From Nanobdellota archaeon (GTDB lineage Archaea; Nanobdellota; Nanobdellia; Pacearchaeales; GW2011-AR1): a DNA stretch of 53,337 bases. Positions 8,775 to 17,805 of this stretch are shown here, piece after piece (position 1 is the first letter of the stretch; every line of letters begins with the position of its first letter). The translations under genes and the position numbers were made by a program. The stretch lies in NCBI GenBank assembly GCA_038045705.1, contig JBBSXO010000004.1, positions 1 to 53,337 of the forward strand, written 5' to 3'. Under the pieces are notes generated by a model that worked only from the letters and a program-made list of their open reading frames with translations, was not told where the DNA came from and searched no databases.

Positions 8775-9806
8775 CTATTTAATGATTATTAGTTTCTTAG
8801 TAAACTTACTCAAAACATCACACCCTGATTTTGTCACCAAAACATCATCTTCTATCCTAATCCCATATCTACCTTCAACATATTCTCCTGGTTCAATTGT
8901 AATTACCATTCCTTCCCTAAGTCCAACTTTAGAATTATCTGTAATATTTGGAAACTCATGAACTTCTATGCCTAAACCATGTCCAAGACTATGAATTAAT
9001 TTTTGTTTAAGCTTTTTTTCTGCTTCAATGCAAAAATCTCCGATCATTTTTCCAGGTTTAATTAAAGAAATCGCATTCTCTTGATTTTCAAGTAAATCAT
9101 AATAAGTTTTCTCTTCTTCTTTAGTTGGTTTTCCATGATAAAATGTGCGTGTAACATCAGAACAATAGCCTTCAAACTTTACCCCAAAGTCAACAACACA
9201 AAACCCCATTTTAATTTTCCCACTAGGAACATGATGAGGGATAGCTGCATTTGCGCCAGTTGCAACAATAGGTTCGAATGCTAATCCACAACCAAGTTTG
9301 CGAGATTCATAAACAAGAAATGCACTAGCTTCTTCTTCTGTTTTAAAAGTCTTAAAATTGTCAATAAATTTACCAATTATCTTATCGGTTATCTGACAGG
9401 CCTTAGTAATCTTATCAATTTCATTTTTTCCCTTAACAGCTCGTAATTCATTCATAAAATCAGTCAAATCAAATAGTTCACATTCAAATCTCTCTTTTAG
9501 CATGTTAGCTTCAGAAACAGTTGCATTCACAAAATCAATTCCTATTTTTTTAGCAATAACTTTTCTTTCAGATAAAACTTCAGACAACTTCTTACCAGAA
9601 GAAACAATAACATCTTTAACATTTTTAGCTTGAGTTAAATCTCTAGAAGGCACATGTAAGATAGGCTTACCAGAAGCAGGAACAACCAAAAAACCAGCAC
9701 CAATATATCCAGTAAAATAAAATAAGTTAGGATTAGTATCTTCATAAGTTGCAAAAATAGCACAATCTAGTCCTTTCTTAGCAAGCTCTTCCTGTAATAA
9801 TTTCAT
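8775..9806 (-). CDS. pepP: Xaa-Pro peptidase, M24 family
   Basis: DFG..FEGYCSDVTRT, HSLGHGLGIEVHE, TIEPG, GIRIEDD. Confidence 0.93.
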   Translation of the reverse strand: MKLLQEELAKKGLDCAIFATYEDTNPNLFYFTGYIGAGFLVVPASGKPILHVPSRDLTQAKNVKDVIVSSGKKLSEVLSERKVIAKKIGIDFVNATVSEANMLKERFECELFDLTDFMNELRAVKGKNEIDKITKACQITDKIIGKFIDNFKTFKTEEEASAFLVYESRKLGCGLAFEPIVATGANAAIPHHVPSGKIKMGFCVVDFGVKFEGYCSDVTRTFYHGKPTKEEEKTYYDLLENQENAISLIKPGKMIGDFCIEAEKKLKQKLIHSLGHGLGIEVHEFPNITDNSKVGLREGMVITIEPGEYVEGRYGIRIEDDVLVTKSGCDVLSKFTKKLIIIK

Positions 9807-9859
9807 ATAAAAAATAAAACAACAATCTTTAAAATACCTCTCTTCAACTATAAGTTACT

Positions 9860-10423
9860 ATGGAAAAAACATTAATCCTGTTGAAACATGACTCAATATC
9901 TCGTGGTTTAGTAGGTAAAATAATCACAAGATTTGAAGATATAGGTCTAAAAATAGTTGCAATGAAAATGCTTCTTCCAGATGAAGATCTAGCAAAAAAC
10001 CATTATTTTTTAGATGAAGAATGGGCAAAAAACGTATTTGAAAAAACAAAAGCAAGTTATGAAAAAGATAACAAACCTTTCCCATATAAAGACCACATGG
10101 AATTCGGACTGCAAATACAAAACTGGAACATAAAGTTCTTAAGAGAAGGTCCAATAATAGCAATTATACTAGAAGGTACTCATGCAATAGAAATAGTAAG
10201 AAAAATAGTAGGCTCAACAGAACCTAAATCATCGGCACCTGGAACAATAAGAGGAGATTTCGCAATGATGGAGTCTTATGCCGTTGCGGATGTAAAAAAT
10301 AGAGTTCTAAGAAATCTTATACACGCTTCTGATTCACCAAAAAACGCAGATAGAGAAATAGCATTATGGTTTTCAAAAGCAGAAATCCAATCATATAGTA
10401 AAGAATTAGACAAACATTTCTAA
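9860..10423 (+). CDS. ndk: Nucleoside diphosphate kinase
   Basis: EKTLILLKHD, PGTIRGDF, RNLIHASDS with the catalytic His. Confidence 0.96.
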   Translation: MEKTLILLKHDSISRGLVGKIITRFEDIGLKIVAMKMLLPDEDLAKNHYFLDEEWAKNVFEKTKASYEKDNKPFPYKDHMEFGLQIQNWNIKFLREGPIIAIILEGTHAIEIVRKIVGSTEPKSSAPGTIRGDFAMMESYAVADVKNRVLRNLIHASDSPKNADREIALWFSKAEIQSYSKELDKHF

Positions 10424-10433
10424 CACGTAAAAC

Positions 10434-10446
10434 TTAAATACAAGTA
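10434..10446 (+). promoter_or_regulatory. TATA-box promoter of the second vapBC operon
   Basis: TTAAATACAAGTA begins 28 nt before ATG 10462 and runs into the direct repeat TAATACT-T-TAATACT. Confidence 0.55.
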
Positions 10447-10461
10447 ATACTTTAATACTCT

Positions 10462-10704
10462 ATGGAGATAAATACAATTAAAGGAATAAGCACTGAAAAA
10501 TGGGTTAAGTTAAAAGTTTTAGCAGCTAAAAATAAAGTTGCAATGGGAAAACTAGTTGAAAACATGATCGACAATTATGAAAAGCAAAATGATGATTTTT
10601 GGAATGAAATTTTAAGTGGAGAAAAGAGAATCTCTGAAGAAGAAGCCGAAATAATGCAAAAAATAGCAAACAAATCAAGAAAAGAATGGGGATTTAGAAA
10701 GTGA
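10462..10704 (+). CDS. Putative antitoxin (RHH-like)
   Basis: 80 aa with a TIKGIS..W.KLK..A strand-helix-helix pattern; GTGA overlap with a PIN gene. Confidence 0.7.
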   Translation: MEINTIKGISTEKWVKLKVLAAKNKVAMGKLVENMIDNYEKQNDDFWNEILSGEKRISEEEAEIMQKIANKSRKEWGFRK

Positions 10705-11081
10705 CACTAATATTTGATACTTCAATTTTAGTAGACCTAGATAGAGGAAGAATAGATACAATAAGCAAAATAGAAAATCTAAAAAAGATGTATCCAATAC
10801 CTGCAACAATAGGTTTTATAGCATATTTTGAATTCTTATTGGGGTTAAAGGATAAATCTGTTAAAAATAAAGAAAAATCAAAAGAATTTATCGAAAGATT
10901 TAATGTTTTACAGACAACAAGAAACACTGCAGACAAATTAGTAGAACTAAAGCAGAAGTACGAACTGCCACTTGCAGACCTGTTCATTGCATCGCAAGTA
11001 ATGGAAAATAATGGAGTTTTGGTAACAAAAGATAAAGATTTTGAACAAATCAAAGAGATAGACAAGATAATTCTAATCTAA
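10701..11081 (+). CDS. vapC: PIN-domain toxin VapC
   Basis: IFDTSILVD, YFE, LADLFIA, VTKDKDF. Confidence 0.9.
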   Translation: MTLIFDTSILVDLDRGRIDTISKIENLKKMYPIPATIGFIAYFEFLLGLKDKSVKNKEKSKEFIERFNVLQTTRNTADKLVELKQKYELPLADLFIASQVMENNGVLVTKDKDFEQIKEIDKIILI

Positions 11082-11132
11082 ATTTTCTCACAACCAAATA
11101 ATTTAAAAGTCACTAGGCTTGGAACATTATAA

Positions 11133-11206
11133 GCCCTGATAGTTCAGCCCGGATAGAATAAGACCTTGCGGAGGTTTAGACCGAGGTTCAAATCCTCGTC
11201 GGGGCA
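11133..11206 (+). tRNA. tRNA-Arg (GCG)
   Basis: GCCCTGA/TCGGGGC-A acceptor stem, anticodon arm AGACC-TTGCGGA-GGTTT, T-loop GGTTCAAATCC; TTTAAAA box at about 11102. Confidence 0.93.
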
Positions 11207-11220
11207 TAAAAAACAAATTC

Positions 11221-12021
11221 TTACTTTTCATCATCTTCAAAATATTCGTAATAAACCATAACTGCAAATGCAAAAAGCAAAATCCACCAAATGAGCTCTT
11301 CCAATGGAAACCTCACTCCGAATATCTCCAACCAACCAATATAAGTAGAACTTGGAAAACTCCACCACCCATATCTTAAAGCAATTATCTCATAAATGAA
11401 GCTTAAATAAAAAAAGTAAGCCGAAGCTTTCAACATTTTTATTATTACTTTCTTAGTATTTGAGTAATTAATTAATTGCAATCCAATTGGGAGTGCAAAA
11501 AGAATTAGACCAAATAAAAGATAGAAATATGGTATATTCAAATTAATTTTATTAAAAACAAAAAAAGAGAATATTGAAAACAATAACAAAATACCTATTA
11601 AAAAGTACTTAAGTTTGGGATTCCACAATTTATAGGTAATATGATGATCTAAAAAAGATTCATAAAATATAATCACATAATATACATTAAAAAAGACCCA
11701 GAAGATTACTTCAATGATCACCACACCAAAAATCTCAATAGGAAAGATTGATGAAGGAAATGACCAAGCAAGAGAATAGTAACCAATATACTCTATGATA
11801 ATCATTACAGGACAAATGAGAATAGCAGGGATTAATGATTTTATCACGAAGTGTCTATTTCTAAATGAAAGATATATTGCAGGCAAACCTAAGAAAAGTA
11901 CTATTGAAATAAAAAAATTTGAGTTAACAACCTCTAACTCTTCCAAAATTATAGAAATTATCGAAGCAATTATAGGCCAAACTAAAACCAAAATTAAATC
12001 TGCCTTCTCACCTTTCCTCAT
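11221..12021 (-). CDS. Polytopic membrane protein with duplicated lycopene-cyclase-like (CrtYc/d) domains
   Basis: Two internal repeats: E....AWSFPSSIFPIEIFGVVIIEVIFW and E....GWWSFPSSTYIGWLEIFGVRFPLEELIWW, matching the W.F...G..P.EE..F motif. Confidence 0.65.
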   Translation of the reverse strand: MRKGEKADLILVLVWPIIASIISIILEELEVVNSNFFISIVLFLGLPAIYLSFRNRHFVIKSLIPAILICPVMIIIEYIGYYSLAWSFPSSIFPIEIFGVVIIEVIFWVFFNVYYVIIFYESFLDHHITYKLWNPKLKYFLIGILLLFSIFSFFVFNKINLNIPYFYLLFGLILFALPIGLQLINYSNTKKVIIKMLKASAYFFYLSFIYEIIALRYGWWSFPSSTYIGWLEIFGVRFPLEELIWWILLFAFAVMVYYEYFEDDEK

Positions 12022-12051
12022 TAACTACAAAGTAACTGGTCAATTAAAAAT

Positions 12052-13050
12052 CTATTCACTGCTTGGTTCATCTTTAAGACCCTGTTGTGTTACAAAAAAA
12101 GCAGCTTCATTATCAGGCAAATCAGGAGAATCAACCATTTTTGCAACTCTTGATCCTTGTTTTCCTCTTCTAAGATAAATTCTCACTTTTGCAGCGTGTC
12201 CAACTATATGGCCTCCGACATGAGTCGTAGGATCTCCAAACATCATAGCAGGGTTTGCCATTACTTGATTAGTAACATAAACTGCAAACCCCCTCTGCTC
12301 TGCCAACCTAGTAAGAGCATGAAGATATTTGTTAAGCTTCTGTTGTCTATCTGCCAATTGACCACGACCGGTAAACTCGGCTCTAAAATGTGCTGTCAGC
12401 GAATCAACAATCAAGAGTTTTATTGGTTCTCCTTCTTTTATGAGCTCTCCAACTTTATCAAGCAACAAAATCTGATGGTCTGCATTAAATGCTCTTGCAA
12501 CCAAAATATTTTTTAGCACCTTCTCAGAGCTTGCTCCAAGTCCATCTGCAATTTGTTTTATTCTTGCAGGAGAAAAAGTCCCCTCAGTATCTATAAAAAC
12601 AGTTTTTCCATTAACACCACCTTGCTCAATTGGTAATTGTGTATTTACAGCAAGAGCAAAACCTAGTTGACTTTTTCCAGAACCGAAAGCACCATAAGCC
12701 TCTGTCATTGCCCCCACTTCAACACCTCTGCCACCAAGCAAAGCATCTAAATTTTTGCTTCCAGTAGTAATGTAACCAACAGACTCTCTTTTTTTAGCAA
12801 ATTCAGCCCCATCCATGAAACCAAGTTTCATCATTCCTCGCGCAGCTTGTATAGCTTTCCTAGCAACTGCTTCTCCAACACCGGCAAGTTCAGAAAGTGC
12901 TGGAGGAGACATAACAGCAAGGCCCATTAAGTCGTAAACACCAGCAGCCTCCAGTTTAGAAGCAATACCTGGACCAATTCCAGGAATGCTTGTCAATCCA
13001 GGCTCAGCAATATCTTCAGTCACTTCTTTATCTCCCTTCTCTTTTACCAT
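12052..13050 (-). CDS. radA: DNA repair and recombination protein RadA
   Basis: HhH (IPGIGP), GAFGSGKSQ, IDTEGTF, VDSLTAHFRAEFTGRGQLADRQQKL, TNQV, DSPDLP; ATG 13050 preferred. Confidence 0.97.
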   Translation of the reverse strand: MVKEKGDKEVTEDIAEPGLTSIPGIGPGIASKLEAAGVYDLMGLAVMSPPALSELAGVGEAVARKAIQAARGMMKLGFMDGAEFAKKRESVGYITTGSKNLDALLGGRGVEVGAMTEAYGAFGSGKSQLGFALAVNTQLPIEQGGVNGKTVFIDTEGTFSPARIKQIADGLGASSEKVLKNILVARAFNADHQILLLDKVGELIKEGEPIKLLIVDSLTAHFRAEFTGRGQLADRQQKLNKYLHALTRLAEQRGFAVYVTNQVMANPAMMFGDPTTHVGGHIVGHAAKVRIYLRRGKQGSRVAKMVDSPDLPDNEAAFFVTQQGLKDEPSSE

Positions 13051-13109
13051 CAAACAAATTGCTTCAAACACTATATAAAGATTTTAGCAGTCTAAGATAA
13101 ATAAGCTCT

Positions 13110-13562
13110 CTAAAAAAACAAAAACCAGATTAAAATTATGTCTGCAAAAATAAATGAATAAAATATCATATGCTCAATATTCCCACCAGTTCTGACATTC
13201 CCTTTAGCAATATATCTAAGAGGCCAAAATGGTCTAATCCCTTCTATAGTCCAAGAGTCAACTATTAAATGAGTACCATAAGCCAAAAAGAAGGGAAAAG
13301 CCATAGTTGGCAAAAACCATGCAAACAAAGCAGTTATGATTAAACAAAAAGTAAAACTATGAAGAAAGCTTCTTTTTCGAGAAACTCCAGTTTTACTATT
13401 CTTAGTAAAATTTAATCTACGAAAAGACAATCCTCTATCTAAATTAGGCAGTAAAGTAGCAATAACAAAAACAAATATGTAAATCCAAACATGAATAACC
13501 TTGGAAACAAAAAAAAGCATAAAAAACAGAGCAATAGCAATATGTGTTTTATTAAGCATCAA
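13110..13562 (-). CDS. Membrane-bound metal-dependent hydrolase-like protein (YdjM/DUF457 type), degenerate
   Basis: TH...LLPNLD...RSFLHS...THLIVD..T..GIRPFWP pattern. Confidence 0.75.
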   Translation of the reverse strand: MMLNKTHIAIALFFMLFFVSKVIHVWIYIFVFVIATLLPNLDRGLSFRRLNFTKNSKTGVSRKRSFLHSFTFCLIITALFAWFLPTMAFPFFLAYGTHLIVDSWTIEGIRPFWPLRYIAKGNVRTGGNIEHMIFYSFIFADIILIWFLFF

Positions 13563-13627
13563 AAAAGAAGTAAAACCTAAATTTTAAACCTTGCGTAAGA
13601 TTTTTTAGTTATAAACTTCTGTTTAAA

Positions 13628-14521
13628 TCAGTTTTTTTGGACTTCAAGATCTTTTACTACTTCATCAATAGAAAAATCCTCAATATTTCTTACAGAAAAC
13701 TCAAGATTATTACTAAAAGAATTCATTCTAAAACTCCCAGTAAATACCTTTTCATCGCCTATAATTTCAGCACGCTTAGAATTCAAAACATCAAGAGAAA
13801 ATAAGTCTGAATCTGAAACAGAAAGTAATTTTTTTATATTCTCGCTAAATAAAACAGATCTCATAGTAGCATAACCATCATCTAAAACAACATTTAATAA
13901 AACTCCTTTTTCACCTTCATTTTTCTTGGAATCAAAGAATCTAGGTTCAAAAGTCTGAACAATGAAAGCTCTAACATTTACGAAAGAACCTTCTTTCGCT
14001 TCAGCAAAGTTTCCAGCGCTAGTGGTAGTAGTTTCTTTTACAGAATCAAATTTCTTTTCACTAGGCTTTATATCTGAAAAAGCAGAGACGTGTAACTCCC
14101 CGTTTTTCACGTTAGCTCCCTTAATCTCAATAACATTTCCTTGGACAAGATTTCCAGATTCAATTAAAGATACATGATTGGAGTCCCATAAAACAACACG
14201 AACATTAGAAGTCTCATCACCTAAAGTAAAACTTGCAAATTTACCACTCCGTCCATTTTTAGAAAATTCTTTTACTGGAAAGACCCTAGTCACCTTACCT
14301 ATTACATTAGCTCTCCTAAGACCATCACTCAACTCCTTAATCTTAAGCATTTCATTTTCAAAGCTTATTCCAAGTTCAGCAGCAACTATTTGAGCAGCAC
14401 CTTCTTTTGATATTAAACCAGAAAGTTTAGACTTCTTAGCATCAACCTTCTTTTCAATTTCTTCTAAAGCCAAACCAGAATGCCTAGATATTTTTTCAAT
14501 TAAGTTGATATAATTATCCAT
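13628..14521 (-). CDS. rpa: Replication protein A (OB-fold ssDNA-binding protein)
   Basis: LSGLISKEGAAQIVAAELG N-terminus; OB folds LGDETSNVRVVLWD and LDDGYATMRSVLF. Confidence 0.9.
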   Translation of the reverse strand: MDNYINLIEKISRHSGLALEEIEKKVDAKKSKLSGLISKEGAAQIVAAELGISFENEMLKIKELSDGLRRANVIGKVTRVFPVKEFSKNGRSGKFASFTLGDETSNVRVVLWDSNHVSLIESGNLVQGNVIEIKGANVKNGELHVSAFSDIKPSEKKFDSVKETTTTSAGNFAEAKEGSFVNVRAFIVQTFEPRFFDSKKNEGEKGVLLNVVLDDGYATMRSVLFSENIKKLLSVSDSDLFSLDVLNSKRAEIIGDEKVFTGSFRMNSFSNNLEFSVRNIEDFSIDEVVKDLEVQKN

Positions 14522-14646
14522 TGAATCAACACAAATGTTAGGTTTAAAAGAATACCGCTAATCAAGAACAAATATCAGATTAATCACAAATGACACAAAA
14601 CTTTTCAATTAGCAATGTTTAAAAAACCCTTTAAACAAACAAAAAT

Positions 14647-14922
14647 ATGGCAAACACAGCAGTAATAATAATAAAAATAATGCCTGAATCAGTAGATTCA
14701 GATTTAGAAAAGATAAAAGAACAAGTAAGACACAAAATGGAGTCTAATGGTGCAAAAGCAGTAACATTTGAAGAAAAAGCAGTTGCTTTCGGACTTAAAG
14801 CAATAATTCTAAAAATGGCATTTCCAGAAGAAAAAGGAACAGACCTAGTAGAACAAGAAATAGCCAAAATACCCCACATCTCATCAGTAACAATAGAGGA
14901 TTATAGAAGAGCCTTTGGTTAA
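14647..14922 (+). CDS. ef1b: Translation elongation factor 1-beta
   Basis: KIMPES..SDLE and VAFGLKAI motifs. Confidence 0.95.
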   Translation: MANTAVIIIKIMPESVDSDLEKIKEQVRHKMESNGAKAVTFEEKAVAFGLKAIILKMAFPEEKGTDLVEQEIAKIPHISSVTIEDYRRAFG

Positions 14923-14923
14923 G

Positions 14924-15529
14924 ATGAGTTTAACAAAAGAACAAATATCACAGTTAAAAAAACAATTATTTGAACAAATAAAAGAACTTCCAAAAGAACA
15001 GAGACAAGAAGCAGAAAAACAAATAGAAGATTTATCTGACGAAGCAATAGAATCTATGTTAGAAAAGCAAAAAGAATCTCAAGTTAAAATATTTAGGGAG
15101 ATAGTGACAGAAAAGATACCCAGTAAAAAAATAAGTGAAAACAATAGTGCAATTGCTGTTCTGGACATAAAACCATTATCAAGAGGACATTCAATAATAA
15201 TACCTAAAGAGAAACTTACAGATTTAGACAAAATTCCAAGCGAAATCTCAATTCTTATAGATAAAATATCAAAAGTTCTATCAGAAAAACTAAAACCAAA
15301 AAATGTAAAAATAGTACCAGAAATAAAATTCGGAGAAGCAATAGTGAATATTATTCCTATATATGAAAAAGATTTAACTTTAGAAAACGAAAGATTAAAT
15401 TCTTCTGAAGAAGACTTAGAAAGAACCTTAGAGATAATTAACAAAAAAGAAGAAAAAATTCAAGAACCAAAAGAAAAAGAAGAAAAACAGAAAGAAGAGT
15501 TAAAGAAATTTAAGAGAAGAATACCCTAA
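14924..15529 (+). CDS. HIT-fold protein with degenerate histidine triad and an N-terminal helical extension
   Basis: IFREIVTEKIPS, AVLDIKPLSRGHSIIIPK; the HxHxH position reads EAIVNIIP. Confidence 0.8.
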   Translation: MSLTKEQISQLKKQLFEQIKELPKEQRQEAEKQIEDLSDEAIESMLEKQKESQVKIFREIVTEKIPSKKISENNSAIAVLDIKPLSRGHSIIIPKEKLTDLDKIPSEISILIDKISKVLSEKLKPKNVKIVPEIKFGEAIVNIIPIYEKDLTLENERLNSSEEDLERTLEIINKKEEKIQEPKEKEEKQKEELKKFKRRIP

Positions 15530-16322
15530 AAGTTATCAAGGCAATAAGAAAAGCAGGAGCAAATGGAATACCCATTTTTACTCTAACTTTTTTTCCAGCG
15601 CTTCTTAAAGCCAATACTTCTTTAAACGTTAGTCCAGCAAAATTTTTCTTAATAATTTTTCCATTAACCTTAACATCTTCATATAACCAATCACCTTCAG
15701 TCAATTTTTCAGGAGAGACAAGCTGAATCATACAAGACTTCTCAACAGATTTAACATAAGCAAAAAGCAAGGGAGATAAAAATATGAAAAGAGAAAACAT
15801 TAAAGTAAACAAATCAAAACTAGAGTTATTAAGATATAACAAAACACCCAACACAAAAGATATGATAAATAAATACTTTTTTCTATAAATTTGTTCATAA
15901 AAAGATTTTTTAAAACTCTTAGAATTACTTCTAACTAAAAAAATACTATAAATCAGAGTATACAAAACTCCAGAAGTAAATAAAATAAATATAAATCCAA
16001 ACCCATAGTAAATATAATCCATTAAAGATGAATAAGGGAATATCCCCCCTATACCAAAAAGTAATTTGGCATCTCCTCCTGCAAAAACCTTAGAATAATA
16101 AAATAAATAACCAAAACCAATAAATAAAATTACACCCATTAGACCATAAATGAAAAACATAAAGTCATTTGAATAAATAGAATAAAATGCCCTATAAGCA
16201 AGCACAAAAGCAACTAAAGAGAAAGTTAACCAGTTTGCAATCTCCCTAGTTCTTAAGTCTTGAAAAACTGCAAAGAGTATCGCAACAAAACTAACAGAAT
16301 ACAAAAAGAAATACGCATCCAT
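15510..16322 (-). CDS. Prepilin/class III signal peptidase, A24 family (FlaK/PibD-like)
   Basis: QDLRTREIANW, FAGGDAKLL (both catalytic Asp), C-terminal GIPFAPAFLIA; ATG 16322 preferred. Confidence 0.92.
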   Translation of the reverse strand: MDAYFFLYSVSFVAILFAVFQDLRTREIANWLTFSLVAFVLAYRAFYSIYSNDFMFFIYGLMGVILFIGFGYLFYYSKVFAGGDAKLLFGIGGIFPYSSLMDYIYYGFGFIFILFTSGVLYTLIYSIFLVRSNSKSFKKSFYEQIYRKKYLFIISFVLGVLLYLNNSSFDLFTLMFSLFIFLSPLLFAYVKSVEKSCMIQLVSPEKLTEGDWLYEDVKVNGKIIKKNFAGLTFKEVLALRSAGKKVRVKMGIPFAPAFLIALITFRVFFS

Positions 16323-16372
16323 AAGACTATAAAAAAGAACAGCTTTATTAATATTAGTTCTTATCAATTACC

Positions 16373-17344
16373 ATGAGAAAAGAGTGGATACATAGATACT
16401 TACCAATAATAATTCTCTTAGCACTAACTTCTATTTCTTTAATAATAATAAAAGACTATATCGTAGCAATAATAGGTGCATTCATAACTACCTATTTAGT
16501 TTATCCAATTCATAAAAAACTCGCAAAAAAGCTTCCAATCTGGTTTGCAGCATCAATAACATTAGCAGGAACAATATTAATAATATTTTTACCAATAGTC
16601 TTAGTAATAAAAGAAGTAATTTCGCAAATATATAAGGCGATTCAAAGCGGAGCAATAGCAGTCTTAATAGTAAAAATAGAAAACTTAGAGTTTATACAAA
16701 AATATAATTTTAACTTATCAGAATTAACAAATAATTTCTTTAGTTTTGGTATAAAAGTTTTATCTGGGATAACTGTTTCAGTAGCAACTTCAATAGTTTC
16801 CCTATTTGTGATGATATTCATAATTTACTATCTATTGTTAAGTTGGCCTAAATTAAGCGTCAGAATAAAGAATTATGTTCCATTTGATAATAAAGAAAAA
16901 GTAATGAAAGACATTGCAGAGACTACCAAGAAAATAGTTAGGGGAACACTTCTCTTAGCATTTATTGAAGCATTGATTGCAGGGATAGGTTTCTGGCTTG
17001 CGGGAATCGACTTTTATTTAATCCTAGCAATTTTGATAGGTTTATTTGCATTCATACCTGGAGGTCCAGCAATAGTCTGGGTTCCAACACTAATCATAAA
17101 AATAACTCAGGCAGATTATGTTTCATCTGGGATAATTTTAGCATTTGGATTATTTATTTCAATTTACATAGATACAATACTAAGAACAAAAGTAGCTGGA
17201 AAAGATTCAAGCATTCACCCAGTAGTAATGCTCCTGGGAGTCATGGGTGGAACACCAGTCTTAGGACTAGCAGGAATAGTAGTTGGACCTTTATTGCTTA
17301 GCTACACTTTAGAAATATTAGAAGAAATACTTAGCCAGCACTAG
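16373..17344 (+). CDS. AI-2E family (UPF0118) transporter
   Basis: YLVYPIH, FAFIPGGPAIVWVP, IDTILR, IHPVVMLLGVMGG..LGLAGIVVGP. Confidence 0.9.
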   Translation: MRKEWIHRYLPIIILLALTSISLIIIKDYIVAIIGAFITTYLVYPIHKKLAKKLPIWFAASITLAGTILIIFLPIVLVIKEVISQIYKAIQSGAIAVLIVKIENLEFIQKYNFNLSELTNNFFSFGIKVLSGITVSVATSIVSLFVMIFIIYYLLLSWPKLSVRIKNYVPFDNKEKVMKDIAETTKKIVRGTLLLAFIEALIAGIGFWLAGIDFYLILAILIGLFAFIPGGPAIVWVPTLIIKITQADYVSSGIILAFGLFISIYIDTILRTKVAGKDSSIHPVVMLLGVMGGTPVLGLAGIVVGPLLLSYTLEILEEILSQH

Positions 17345-17465
17345 ATTTCTCGTTTTGACGAGTTCTAAACTGTCCACCACGCTTATACTTATTATGTCCA
17401 CGTTGCTTTTTCTTATCATTCTTGCTTTTTCTCTTTCCACCAAAATAACCATAATCATCAGACAT
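17331..17465 (-). CDS. Small highly basic protein (44 aa, not in the ORF track)
   Basis: MSDDYGYFGGKRKSKNDKKKQRGHNKYKRGGQFRTRQNEKSSAG; fills the intergenic gap; TTTTTATA box about 22-30 nt upstream of the ATG. Confidence 0.6.
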   Translation of the reverse strand: MSDDYGYFGGKRKSKNDKKKQRGHNKYKRGGQFRTRQNEKSSAG

Positions 17466-17495
17466 GAAACTCAGAAATAAAGCACCTATAAAAAT

Positions 17496-17804
17496 CTAGC
17501 TACAAACAACTTTAGAACAGTCAAAATTACAGTTAACATTCAATCTAGAATCACCACAATATATTTCTTCATTATTCAGACTCATAGATTCACAACAAAA
17601 GGTAATCTCATTATCACTTCTGCAAATCAATTCGCAAGCTTGTCTAGTAGCTTCTAAGCTTTGAGTCTTTAAGATAGGTTCAGTTCCAGACTTAAAAAAA
17701 CTAAAACCATTCTTAATAAAAAAAACAAACCCAATCAAAATTGCAACGCCTATAACTATCAATATAATAGTGGTGATTGCAATATCAAAACCTCTGCTAT
17801 TCAT
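17496..17804 (-). CDS. Pilin-like protein with class III signal and Cys-rich head
   Basis: MNSRG|FDIAITTIILIVIGVAILIGF; 8 Cys in the C-terminal half; ATG 17804 preferred over the track start. Confidence 0.8.
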   Translation of the reverse strand: MNSRGFDIAITTIILIVIGVAILIGFVFFIKNGFSFFKSGTEPILKTQSLEATRQACELICRSDNEITFCCESMSLNNEEIYCGDSRLNVNCNFDCSKVVCS

Positions 17805-17805
17805 C

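Noticed and set aside
5445-11220. Integrated element bounded by the two tRNAs
   Set aside because: The interval holds core genes, with no integrase and no duplicated tRNA 3' end (att site) seen.
11990-12021. MRKG start of the cyclase-like protein as a class III signal
   Set aside because: Followed by charged EKAD, and the protein is polytopic rather than pilin-like.
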